The notes below the pieces were generated by a model. It was not told the DNA's origin and did no database searches. It saw only the letters and a list, made by a program, of their open reading frames with translations. Made by a program: the position numbers and the translations under genes. A stretch of 39,224 nucleotides of DNA from Acanthaster planci (Eukaryota): NCBI RefSeq assembly GCF_001949145.1, contig NW_019091355.1, positions 1,452,135 through 1,491,358 on the forward strand, read 5' to 3'. Numbering within the stretch: position 1 is the first letter of the stretch; every line of letters begins with the position of its first letter. This document shows positions 13,776 through 39,224 of the stretch, in pieces.

Positions 13776-16700
13776 AGTGCTAAAAACAGCACGACCAACA
13801 GCAGAGCCACTGCATTAATGACATAACAATGCTCTAGGCTAGGTGAAGTCCTGTTCAGTATGTTAAGAACGGAATTCAAAATTAGTGGCACGCTATCCTG
13901 TTCAGTGTCGCAAAATTTGAAGTGATCGTTTATGTCATAAGACATGCGGATATCAAGTGAGAAATGGTCGAAATAATTCCCAAGTACTGTCGCTTTCTAT
14001 GATCACTGACGTGAGTTTGAGAACTCTTGATGAAGAATGCTCGTAGCATTAAAAAAGAAAGAAAGGCAGCTCGAAAACAAAACTAGAAACTCAGGAACTC
14101 TACTTGATCAGACTTCATCGCCCAGAACTGATCCAGGACATTTGAGTCGACGAAGAACAATCAAAAACTCGTTTCCACCAAATTCATGTCGAAGTTCTAT
14201 TGTCGACATAGCAGTTAAACACACAAACGTGAGAGATTAAAGACATGTTTTCAAAGTTTGAAACAGCAAACTGCATTCGAATCTTAAATTAACAAGTTCT
14301 TGAGTCAAACCGAATCACAAGATAACTTCAGTTTGTGGGATACCCTGATGTAAACTTCTGTGCACAGCTATGCCTGAGGAGGATCCTAACTTCTACTATA
14401 CTATCTGGACGAAATCATACAGATTAAGTTCCTCCATGAATGATTCAATCAAGAATACATCATAAGAGGACGCCAAAGACCGATTTTTACAACTCATTCA
14501 GCGGTAAAAGAAGTGCAATACGAAAGACTGGTGTCCTTCTAAATTGATAGTTCATCACATCTAATTCTTCCTTTAAAAAATCAAGTCTCAAGATGTCTGC
14601 CAAGCAGCTGTTTTTGAATTGGTGATCATAAATTTCAATTCAGTAAGATTCATTACAATGGTCGTGTGATGATTATCTTTTGAAATGCAGCCAAGTGAAC
14701 ATACTTCTTTTTACAAATGTCTTAGTCTGGCACTGTATAAATCATTTACGTTTAACAAAACGTTACTGAATGTTACATATTTTAGCCTCCAGATGACTTC
14801 CACTGTACTTATTGGGCAAACTATCTTGCAAGTACTTCACATGACGAACTGTAATCACCTAGGCCCGATTCACATAATGGCTTGTACATCATTCTCGCTA
14901 TTCAAGTCTTCTTCTTTTTTTCCTGCCGAATGAAAACAGCCTCAAAATATAACTGAAAAAATGGTCGTTTTGACTTATTCGAGGGAAGAATTTTCTCCTA
15001 GCGATTAACTTATTCATTCCTTAAATGAGAATTTCACGACGTCACAAACCTAACCTAATACAGGCAACTTTTCATAACAATGGCCAAGAACATGAACAAG
15101 GATATTAAATGGAGGATCATTGACTTAGGAATGCGTTTAATATCAAATTAAATCATATCTTACCTGTAAAACCCCACCTTGACTAGTGGACAGATAGGTA
15201 TTCGTTGCTGCTGTAGCAGTGACAAACTACTTGCAGATTGGTACTTGGTATTCATATTTAATACGACCAAAGTAAACAAACTGTCACCGCACCATTGCAC
15301 TTGACATTTGTACCCATAAGCAAACAATTCTTTCCTTGGCAGTTTTGGCTTGGAATCATGCACCAAGAAAATTCTTCCCACTAGAAAGCTAAATAAGAGT
15401 GGTGAATCTTTACATTTAACACCAAAGTTGATGGTGTACTGGCACTTGTCGAAGCAGGAGCTTGTTACCAGAATAGCTTCGCTTTGCAACCTCAACAACA
15501 TCCTCGAACTGTATGCAGGTTTTCTGTATAATAACCCCTCTGTCTGCCAAGAGCATAATCATTGTGGGTCTGGATCGCCAGGAAAGAAAAATAGCATTGT
15601 TTGTAACGTCGAAGTTGAACTGTTAGTAACAACCTGCTGATAACTTGGGGGCCACAAAATGGGATTCAACCGGAAAAGTTGAAGTGTGAAGAACGTAGAA
15701 CATTAATCCCTATTTTCAGCTTTGCAGTTTCATAATTTGTGAGCACTGTGAAATTAACAATTGAAATAATTAATGATGTCATTGTCTTCTAAAAGAGAAA
15801 TGTCCCTCTAAATGGTTGTCTGGGTTTTAACTCCTGCAACTGCGGGTCTTAACACATGTTTGCTTTCGTCTAATGAGCTTGAAATGCTTTTGGAGTTTTA
15901 TTCATCATGATTAATATGATACACGTTGAAAAGGTATATTTGAAGGCAATCTTGTCAACAAAATAAATTAATGCCCAATAGATAAGAACACAACCTTTAG
16001 AATGTGTAGACAATTCAATGGGAAATAATTTACGGTCAGAAATTCCACTCTGGTTCAAAAGTAAGGAAACAACTTGCAAACGTAATGAATTCCTACACCA
16101 GGTGCGTGCCCTTCGAGTTGCGCCCCCCTCAAAGAAGCAAGCAAAGTCCCATTGTTCTATTCAGTTCAACCCTGGCCAAGAATTTTACCTTTTATATTGG
16201 ACACTAACGAGTGGACAGGGCTGGGCGTCCCATCACACACAATTATAACCGAGAAACCGCACACGGCCCTTGTTCACTTCTTCGTTGTAGCCACAACAGT
16301 CCACTCACTTGTACAGTACTTGTGATGCGATCAGGTTCTTGGAGTTTGCCCAGTTTAACTTATGTTTGTACAGAAGCTAGTTAAGCAGTGTTTTCTCAAT
16401 AATGGGACAAGGACCTGTGTGTATGTAAATGAAAACCAATTGAAGAGGAGATCTTCTAGGAACCAGGCCTTCTGCCTTGAAGGATATTTGTTCCATATCG
16501 ACCGTATCCGATCCGCTGCGAATTTCCTTTCAGGTAATTATTATACATGTATTTCCCAACTTAAGGCTAAACAAACAGCGTATGCTTACAGCAGCCCTTA
16601 CATTGTCCAACTTCACTATGGACACCTTGAATAGGCCTAGACCTTTAACATTATGACATTTCCATGTATGAAATAGTGTGGGTACTAAACTATTAACCGA

Positions 16701-18313
16701 AAAGTGCTTCTGAACTTTAATATCGAGATTGCATCAGCTGTCAGTCACTCAAATTTCTAGTAGTGATGTGGTTTATTATTGATAGGCACTTTGTTCTTTA
16801 CTTTCAAGTCATTTAAAGTCAAGATAACAACCAAAGTCAAGATTAAAGAGTCCAAGCGTCGTTTGTTTAAGACATGATAAAAAATGTAATCTGTTTTTTT
16901 TTTTGGCTGGGCTACTTTGCTTCATGCAAGCACAGGTCTTTTCAGCGGACAACGGAAATAAGGACAGCGTGAGATATTCTTCAATTTCTCTATTATATCT
17001 GAAGCTCTGTACCAGGCCAAACATTTAAAGACCTGTTGTTTTAAACAGCTTCTGGTAAAATGTTTACGCAGTTGCTTTGATTTTACTTGCTGCAGAAGCC
17101 AAAGACAGAACAAAACTTACATATACAATAAAATGAATTAAAAACTTATTAATAAACGACGATTTTTAAAAATTGTAAGTGAAAGCAACACTACATGTAA
17201 CTCTGCTCTAATTAAATCGTGCTGTCAATCTACAAAATAATATTGAACAGTGAGACCAACACAGCAGCTGTTAAAGTTCCTGACGGGATTGTATTTCTTT
17301 TTTTCGGTTACAAACTTCCAAAATTGATGGCTTATCGTGTAAATGGATCCACGTAAGCTTTATATTTTGGAATCTTTAGAATATCTGTGAAATGGTCTAT
17401 TATGATAATACACCAAATTTTAGTTACGGGCCATTCCTCTCAACTTGCATGCTATTCTTATGAAGAACACATCAGCAGTTTCTTAAAATTTTTCTAAGCA
17501 ACGTTCTTTAAAAAACCTTATCATACGTGGAACACGTCAGGATGACCACCACAGCCTTGTTAGATTTCAAAACAACGTTGTCTACATACAAAGAACATGT
17601 TGCTATTTGAAAAACATTTTCTCCACTCCAAATTGCTTCTGGAATCAATTACATGCTTTAAAGCCTTACTCCGATCAATTAGTCTGACGAAATCAGTCAT
17701 CTAAATGAAAATGAAGTAATAGTGAAAGAGGCTGAAGTTCATACGCAGATGCAAAATATCCAGTTATGCAATGACACGGTATAATTGAAACTGTAATGTT
17801 GAAGATACTCTCGAATATGGTTGGTATGCTGTTATTCAGATATTTCTATGTGCAGCGCTGGTCTAAACTTCAGTCCTTTACAATAAATAAAACACACTTA
17901 TCTTTAAAGAATTTCAGCTGTCAGGAAAGAGATTGAAGAGGAAATGTTTTAAGTTAGAAGCCTTTAAAATCTATTATGATTTCAATATCTACTTTTATGG
18001 TATGAACAAATTACACCACTACTTATTAAAGCCTTAACCACACTGAACCTAACAGTATCACTCTAAAACCCAAGAACGTTTGACGCGTTTATAAACTAAA
18101 CACCGAAGATTTCCAGTTTGAGGTGCACATTACAGAGTGGTTCCAGAAATCGAGCAAGAGGCGTGACCTGTTTTAGTTAATTTCCGTCTCGTTGCCGGTG
18201 GTTGGCCCCTTTGGATAAGAAAGATAGTTTATGAATGAAACAACAACACGAAATATAATTACCAATTAAACAATGGCAAATCAGTTTAACGTCCAAAGGC
18301 CGATTAAATCACC

Positions 18314-31461
<13,148 letters not shown>

Positions 31462-33432
31462 GAGTTGAGTGAAGGCTCCATATATTTATCTTCGCTTTCG
31501 TGGCATCAAGGAAATAGACCATATCAACTCCACTGGGGAGTTTTAAGCCATCACACGCAGCATCGGACTGAAAATTGCGCTCTAAAATATAGCTACAGTC
31601 TCAATATATATGTTGTACTGGCAGACCCCAAATCTGTTTGCTTGCACAAGGGTTGCCTTGTTGGACTCATGTAAAAGAACCTGGCTCTATTCCATGCCCT
31701 GTTGAAGTTTGCGAACCCCCATAGTCATGTTATTGATGAAAATGCTTTGGGGTATTGGATGGATGATCGTGAATGCGTGTCGAAGCAGGCATGAATGAAG
31801 TCACTGTTCACAGTGATTGAGAAACCATGAAAACAGGCTTCTTTCTGTGGTCTCTGCTCCGGTCGGATAGTCGATTTGGCAGCTGAACCGCCAGCCTAAA
31901 TTCGTCCTGGTTGCCACACTGGCTTTTTCTCAATCCAGACTGGCCAAAAGCGCAGCTAAATACATATAGAGGTCCACTTTTGGCGAAGTACGCAGTCCTT
32001 CGAGTTTTGCCTTTAATTCTGATTGAAACATCGACCACAATGGTTTGTTTGCACAATCACATGTAGAAATTTCTTCCTGGTATGAAACATCGACTTTACC
32101 AAGCCACCATTGTCCTCTTGATGCTGATCATTAGATCGCAAAACCGCAAAAATAATATTCACAAAACAACGACTGGAAACCTGACCTTACTCCACTTAGG
32201 GCAAAGCCCCCCTCCCCTTAGTTTTTTACCATTTTACTGGCTCTTGTTCACGGAGAGTTATACCATATCCATGCATGACGACCGCTCGGTGAACTTGTGG
32301 AAATATGTAAATTGAGTTGACCTATGCGACTTCGTACATGAGAACAAGAAGCTTTCCTGAACTACGTAGATGGTGCTGCGGAGTCAATCGTCATGATCGT
32401 GCATGATGTGAAACCGTGCAGCACCGCACCTTACGCTGCCACGAAACCTTTTGACCAAATTCATTAACTCCATCGAATTTGCACCCCATGTGTAACTGAT
32501 ACAAAATTTAGCAACTATAAGGACGTTGGTTGCCATGCACGATGACCAGTTGGTTTCTCAATTATCTCATTGGTTTTATCTTCTGGCGCGAATTCCACTG
32601 AAGAAGCCAAACACTGAAATTTGCTGAGCACATGAAACATGTGCTTAGCAAACCAGATCCCAAGCCAACATTTTATCTAAATCCCTGGATCCGGTTCTAA
32701 GCTGCGACACTGAAAACGGTGTAGAAACTTCCTGAGCCTGCCCTTTCCTGATCAGAGCCTGCCCGCCCTTCCTGAGCCTGCCTCAGGCTCCAACTACTCT
32801 GACCTGCGGAATCTCGGTGAAATATAGTGACAACGTCAGGCATTGAAAGGCATAATAAGAACTGTAAAATATACCTTCAACTGAATTTTTTGTTTCACTC
32901 GTTCCGATCACACGGCGTCCAATGAGCATGAAATATTACTAAGCGAGACTTGGGTCCTGGTCCTGCGCTGACTGGCTAGCCACATAATGAATCAGTTGAA
33001 CTGACTGATTTATTTGACGTTCTTCGGTCCAGAAATTTTATTATTCTTATGTAGAGCTGGTATTTTCTGTTCTATGGACCACTGTCCTCTATCCCGACCA
33101 ATGCTTTTATTTTGCCAGCACCCAATATCCCAATCCAAGGGCATTGCTAATAGTTGACCTTGTGACCTAACACTGGTCTATTTGTGATCTCATGGCTGAC
33201 TAGTCTCCCTATTATGACTGGAGGGCGTGCGCCCTTCGCTGATTTCCGGACCTCCAAACATGGCTACCGTGCACCGCTGACTTATTATCCCCAATTTTCC
33301 AAGCAGTGTAGAGCAATAACCTAATAAACCGTGGGTTGTTCATAAATTATAAGAAAAATATTCTAGTGATTTGAACTTAGAGCACTCCTCTGACGGCCTT
33401 CACGCGCACAAGCATAGATCGGGTTATCCCAA

Positions 33433-34060
33433 TGAGACAGTTTGGTATTCCAACTGTGAATGCCCAAAATAAAGTGCGTCCGAGGTCATTCGGATGCGCG
33501 TGCGAGGTCGTTCGGACGCGCGTGCGAAATCTGGCCTATCAGCGCGGACTGGCTTCAGCTGGCTCGTGATGCATGGGTTCCAAAGTATTGAGTACCGAAA
33601 TGTGACGTCATTTAGAACCAGTTGAAGCCGTACAAACCAATGGAATACGCGCGCGTTGGTTCACGCACGGGTACTCGCGCTAACGCTTTTTACACACATA
33701 AGTGTGCGTGTGACGTTTTCACTTCGGTACTCTATGCCGTCATCATTGATCTCACTTTTAATGTGGCGTCATTTTGAACTAGGAAGTGAGTAGTGCAAAC
33801 GAATGGAGTACGCGCGCGTGTTGGTTCACGCGCTGGTTCTCACGCAAATACCCTTTACATATATAATGAGTAAGCTCGGTATTTCAACAATTCCAAAGTC
33901 TTTGAGAACAAAGCGCACGCGTGAGTCAGCGTATGGTTGCGCTGATTTGACAGACCACCAAGCACGAGCGTAGCTGTTCCCAAATTGTCTCGGGCTGAGC
34001 AAGCTCTGTTGGAATACAGAACTGGCTCATTGTGCGTGTGACGTATTCACTTCGGTACTT
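33433..34060. mobile_element. Cluster of nested non-autonomous DNA transposon (MITE-like) remnants
   Basis: Element A (33591-33731) has inverted ends agtaccgaa...ttcggtact. A second A copy (~33760-33867 plus 34029-34060) is split by element B (33868-34028; 22-nt TIRs gagtaagctcggtatttcaaca / rc gagccagttctgtattccaaca, 17/22 match, AT on both flanks). A further B-type left end gagacagtttggtattccaac starts at ~33434. Confidence 0.7.
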
Positions 34061-34179
34061 TTCAAATCAAGTTTGTAAAACTGAAAAATTGCTGGACCGA
34101 CACCAAGCTTGCGATCGCAATACATGGCTGTAAATGCCCATGCATTAGATAACTTCTTTGAACATCAAACCCTATTCCG

Positions 34180-34423
34180 TCTTTGCACGCTGCCGCCATA
34201 GGCATGCAGAGCCTCGATCTAGCAGCTTCACACACTGAATATAGCTGGTTCGGTGTTACGCACTTAGTAATTTTGCGTGTGCTGCGTTATTTCTTATACT
34301 ATGCGATTGGACAATATTTAAACAGCTGCATTGACGCGATTGTACAAGCTGCCAGTTCGAGGCCTTACATGCCTATTGCGGCAGCGTGCAAAGAGCGAGA
34401 GGCGGCAGCGAATATCGGGCCCT
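34180..34423. mobile_element. Palindromic MITE-like element, possibly PIF/Harbinger-type
   Basis: 49-bp inverted arms 34180-34228 and 34346-34394 (43/49 match). The right end finishes gaatatcgggccct followed by TAA, typical of Harbinger ends and target sites; the left terminus is degraded. Confidence 0.7.
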
Positions 34424-35340
34424 TAATTAAATGTAAGCCACGTGACAAAATGTTTAAGGATTCAAGTTGTAAGAGCATTTGTGTAAATACATGGTTTTAT
34501 TTAATTAATCGTTTCCAATTAAAATCATGTTTTACTGATACAAATATGTCGCAAGTGAGAACTGCATAATTTCCTCTACGAATAAATAATGGTAAATATT
34601 AAATGATTATGATAAACGAACGTTAAAAGTAACGTATTGCATGCAGTTATTTGGTGTTCGGAGAGCTTTTGCCATAAGAGGTATTTCAAATTAATTTCTG
34701 ACATGTGAAGTGCCATTTCACCGCCACATGGTCGGTGTAATGGGGATTGGTACTCTGTTAACAAAATGGACTCACGTTAGCCCTAGTGTGCATGAGAGCA
34801 TGCGCACCTCAGGTTTGCAATCCATGTCCATTTTTCACGGGGATCAAGTATTCCACAAGACACCGTAAAATAATGCGCGACAGGGGACGGACGCTCGTAC
34901 AAAATGACTTTCGAGTGTTCTGCAAACATGTTCAATGTGTACAAATGTTGTAACCGCTATACAGTGCAAACTACTGATCACGCAGGTAAGTTATTACTTA
35001 ATCTAATGCCATTGGCATCTAAGTGCAACTTCAGGTATTACAAAATAAATCTAAAAGCATTAAAGAGAGCTACGAAGACAGTTACCGTAGCTTTTTAAAA
35101 GACATGTCCTGCGAGCCAAGATCAACAATTGACATAATTAATGGTAACAAAACTGCAGATTCAAAACTTATATTTCTATATTAAGCATCCACGAAGATTT
35201 AACATAGAAAAAAGCAACAAACCTTCAACTTTTTCATACTTTAGGATCTTGTTCGCCAAATCTAGAACGTCAAGTCATCAATTTTTTTAAAGGAAAATCA
35301 GACAGTGGCTTCACCCAAGACCGTCTAAATCACTACTTCT

Positions 35341-37542
35341 CTACAGCACGTTTTCGTTGAAGTCGTCTAAAGCCATGCAGTTAACGTGGCCCGCCTCCTC
35401 CACGTTTATCACCGGTGTTGGCGCGATTTTTGACGGAGTGGACTTCAACGCCACACACGCTATTACGAGTACCAGAAGAGTCAAAGTACCTAAACCACCA
35501 ACTGTAATCAAGGCAATATGCCACCACTGGAGCCCCAAAGAGGGTGGAGATGCTGTGACTAGGGGCAGATCCGTGGTCACCGGAACAGAGGTTGGTCGTG
35601 TTACCGTGAGCTTGGGAAGATCTGTAGGCTCCGACCCGGAGGGTGGTGGTGTTAAAGTAGTCTCCGGCCGATCTGTGGTCACCGGTAACGGCTCAGGAAC
35701 GTACTCCCTCAGCACGGCCTGAATAGCGTTGGAGAACCCAGATGGGTTCCCTGCGTCATCCACAGCTCGTAGCACGAACGCGTACGAGGCCACGGTGGCA
35801 TCCTCCGGTACCGGCGCGAGGACCACAAACTCCTCTTCGTTGCCGAACTCCTGAGGCGCAGAGAGGTTCCCCTGCAGGATGTGGCTGGAGTTGAGGATCA
35901 AATGGGAATCCGGAGTGGAGTCGTTCTGCCAGGCCTGGATAGACTCAGCACGGATGACTTCATACCAGGAGGCTGGAATGTAAAACGTTAATGCTTGATC
36001 GTTTCTCCCTTTCCCCTACAACTAAGTTGAGAAGCATAAAGGGAGAGAGCATTGGATCTGAAGATTATATTTATATCTTATATATATAATATCTATACCA
36101 AGTTCAAATTTGCTCTGTTGCACACACCCAAAGGGACACCGATCATTTTCGCAGCAGGTGATCATCATCTTCATCCATGCAATGTCTGCAGTATACAAAA
36201 GCTTGGTCAAGCCAGATGTCAAACATCCTGGTGCAAGGCGTGTAGATGTAACTATGGCATTACAGAGCAGCCAACGCCATCATGATCGCCATCTCGCGCA
36301 TTTCGTCGAATGTTCTTGCATGTTCGTTTGCCTGAAGCGTGGAGGGCGCACAGCCAATTACCACTGGGATCTATACTGTCTATGTACAGGCACACGATAC
36401 AAAACTGAAACAGTGCCCCCATCAGCCCCAAATACTCTCTCTCTCTCCCCTTGGCTAATAAGGGAGGGGGTACTATCGCAAAGAGAAGGTATGAGTTTAT
36501 ATTTAGTAGACTTTACTATTCAGATTCAACATACCTGATCCACTATCTAGATCATCACCTGGAGCCGTCCAAGCCAACGTCACGGTCCCGTCTTGAAAGG
36601 AAGTGTTTGAGACCCTGAGGTCCAGCACATCGTCAGGTGGGAACAGGTCGTCACCGGGTAAGAATCCTGAAGGTAGATCGTCTACTCGACTGGATCCGCC
36701 TGAGATTCCGCGATTGAATGCCGGGGCGGGCTTGCCTGTTGGCTCCGCTGGAGGGGCACCTGGTGCGGGAATCTTTACACCGCCTAGCAAATCACCAAAA
36801 TAGAATGAGTCAAGGCAGACAACGAAACTCAACAACATGCATGATCTGTCGATTCTCGTTTAGGATTAAAAGACTTCAGGAAGCAAAGTCTTTTTAGAAA
36901 CAGAAAGGGAAAACAAGTATTCAGCTTTTGTATTTCCAACTGAGTTCCTTGTAAAAAGTACAGCTGGCAAATTTTCTGAATGCAGGACATTTAAGTGTGT
37001 CTCTGTATTGAGCGTCTGCCAGACGCGTTTTTAACTTTCAAAAAGTGACGCAGCCACTGGTGCTTATGACAGAACTTGATTTAGTGGAGTAAACAGGAGA
37101 GAAGAACTAAAATCTGAGCTCGTGAAAATATGATGTAGCCTTGGCCAACCATCAGTTAGTATTCACTGCTCAAGACCAAAAGAGCTTCCCAAAATGTCGT
37201 GGAGCGAGTGTGTTTTCTGTGGTATAGATAGAATTTTCGGTCTACCCATGTCCAAGTAGTTCCAAATTATCTACGCCTTTGTCAAAAGGGCATATCAAAA
37301 GGAAACCGGCACGTTCACGAGTTTCACACGCAAAGGAAAATGAAAGGCTCTACCAATATCGGTCATATTAAGGGCTTCCTCTGGGTCCACGATGGGTCGA
37401 GATTTCGAGAAGGGAACCGAGTCAATGATGATGGCGTTGCCGTTGTTATTATCTACGTCGATCTTGACACCGTAGTAACCGACTCCTGTGACCTCGGTGA
37501 AGTATCGCGAGTACACTCCGTCATTCTTCGTAACGTCCGACC
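35341..37542 (-). CDS. CLCA: CLCA-family paralog B, 3' part only (last three exons); 5' exons expected to the right of the window
   Basis: Exons 37542-37354 (189 nt, GSDVTKNDGVYSRYFTEV), 36783-36535 (249 nt, ...LAWTAPGDDLDSGS) and 35972-35341 (632 nt, ends TAG). The first two match exons 13 and 14 of paralog A in length and phase. Last exon encodes the FN3 end, a Pro/Thr-rich stalk and a TM helix WWHIALITVGGLGTLTLLVLVIACVAL. I found no exon-12 equivalent in 37543-39224. Confidence 0.92.
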
Positions 37543-39224
37543 CTAGGGAGAAATACAAAGGTTATATGGGGGCAACTAACTATGCAAGTTGAAGGTCATG
37601 TCTTCACAGGACAGCAACGTTTCAACTTAATTGCAAATGTTGTCTCATGTTACGATACCTTAACATACATGTACATGGGTGACACTTTTAGCCAACTGCA
37701 GGCACTCCGTGCATGACGTCACTACGCAAAACTCACGCTGCATCGAAAACCCCTTTACAGAACATAGATATATGGCGGACCGACTACAGACAAACACACT
37801 GAAAACAACACGTGGGTGCGGCGGCACACGTGCACGTGTGTAGTATGTACTTAGCGCACGGTGGTCTCTTTATTCCGTTTATTTTCGCGACTTTGTGTAT
37901 CATCAAGACAACACGTAAGAAATTAGTCTCTGAGGAATCGCTGGCACACCTAACACCTACGTAATTACAGTAAGTACGAAGTATTTTGCTTTTATTATTC
38001 CACACTTATACCTTACAGGAATAAAATTCATAGAGTACATGTAGTTTTGATGTGTGTACTCAGGTCGGAATCTCGTACGCCGAATAGCTGCGCGCACACA
38101 CTGTACGAACTGCACTGGAGAACGGCTGAAAACAGTCCACAAAGCCCACAACAATGGCAAGAATTAACGTTACTTCCGACCTCATTTTCCCGTTTTTTGT
38201 CTTTGGTGGTGATGTGTCGAATTTCTTATCCCACCAGCTGTGGAGATAAGGATGCATAGGAGTTACAGGCGTGAAACTGGCTCCTTGGAAAGGTTTAAGT
38301 GTTGAAAATTTTACTCACAAAAATTTTCGCCCGATTTTGCACCCTTTATATCCTGGACTCCCTCTGTAACGTAGTACGGCCAGGGAGTCCTGGGCAAATT
38401 CTAACATTGCGTGTACACTACATTTTCACCATATAGAGGAAGGACACAGAAGGAGGTGCAACTCAGGCACTTCTAAGTGTACAATGATTGTCGCCGGCGC
38501 CGCCAAGTCAGACGAATTTATAGAAAACATTCCAAAAATGCCTGATTACTGCCTGCATCTCAGCCGGACAAGCGGGGCCAGTAATATCCTAAGAATACTT
38601 GTAGTTGTACTTGTAGCAATTGCTTGCGATTAAATACAAATTATCACTGTGACCACGAAATAGAGAGAGAGAAAATGCCTGATATTAGACCTACTTTAGC
38701 TATCGTAAATAAACTTTTTAAATTTGGATACACTGTTCCATTATCCATGCAAAGTTTGTAAATTTATTCTCCTCCGTCCAATACATCAGTGTTCAAAGAC
38801 TTTGTATGAATTTGGTTAAGACTGGCCAACAAAATGTTCATTACTACTGGAAAGCTTAGTTCATCAGGAACAAAATGCGCCATTTCATCACAGGGATTGA
38901 GTGATTGCGAAATCTCATAAAATACGCTTTTGTACAAATGCAATAATAAAAATAATTCAAACAAAACACAAATGTTGCAAACAACCGGGCTATTTATTCC
39001 CAAAATAATCCAGAAGAAAGAGCGCTTTAAGGGCAATTTACTGCACAAATAGATTGTGACACAGCGTTCGCTGTGCTCTCATCTGGTATATGGATTAGAT
39101 GTCACAGCCCGGGCAGGTCAAACTCCTGTGTCATATGAAGCAAAGTAAGGCTTACAGAACAGGGAAAACCCCTATGTTGGTCATTGATATACTGGTATCT
39201 CAGTGTCAGAATTCTCCATTAATT

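Noticed and set aside
38060..38185. Small minus-strand ORF MRSEVTLILAIVVGFVDCFQPFSSAV... resembling a signal peptide inside the CLCA-B intron
   Set aside because: Only ~41 codons, stops with no recognisable mature peptide and no similarity to CLCA exon 12.
38357..38390. Short hairpin ggactccct...agggagtcc
   Set aside because: A 9-bp stem without supporting context is not enough to call an RNA gene or element.

Overview
Eukaryotic (metazoan) genomic DNA, not prokaryotic; the repeat types and gene content suggest a marine invertebrate, possibly an echinoderm (inference only). I assembled three spliced minus-strand genes by hand from GT-AG boundaries with consistent intron phases: (1) a complete 15-coding-exon CLCA-family gene (calcium-activated chloride channel regulator, 993 aa; 4898-13775); (2) a complete 14-coding-exon, strongly divergent TRPC-like cation channel gene (1197 aa; 18314-31461); (3) the last three exons of a second CLCA paralog (35341-37542) that continues beyond the window. 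The most unusual items are: the TRPC-like channel, which sits between two CLCA paralogs, lacks the canonical Zn2+ motif, has a remodelled S2-S3 Ca2+ site, a ~90-aa S3-S4 loop and a ~370-aa repeated coiled-coil tail in one exon; a 103-bp tandem duplication that copies a CLCA splice acceptor; and a probable gene-conversion tract between the CLCA paralogs. Non-coding DNA holds an 18-bp minisatellite, nested MITE-like elements and a degenerate SINE. Most short ORFs in the supplied track are exon fragments, antisense shadows or chance ORFs. All alignments and counts were done by eye; no database search was run.
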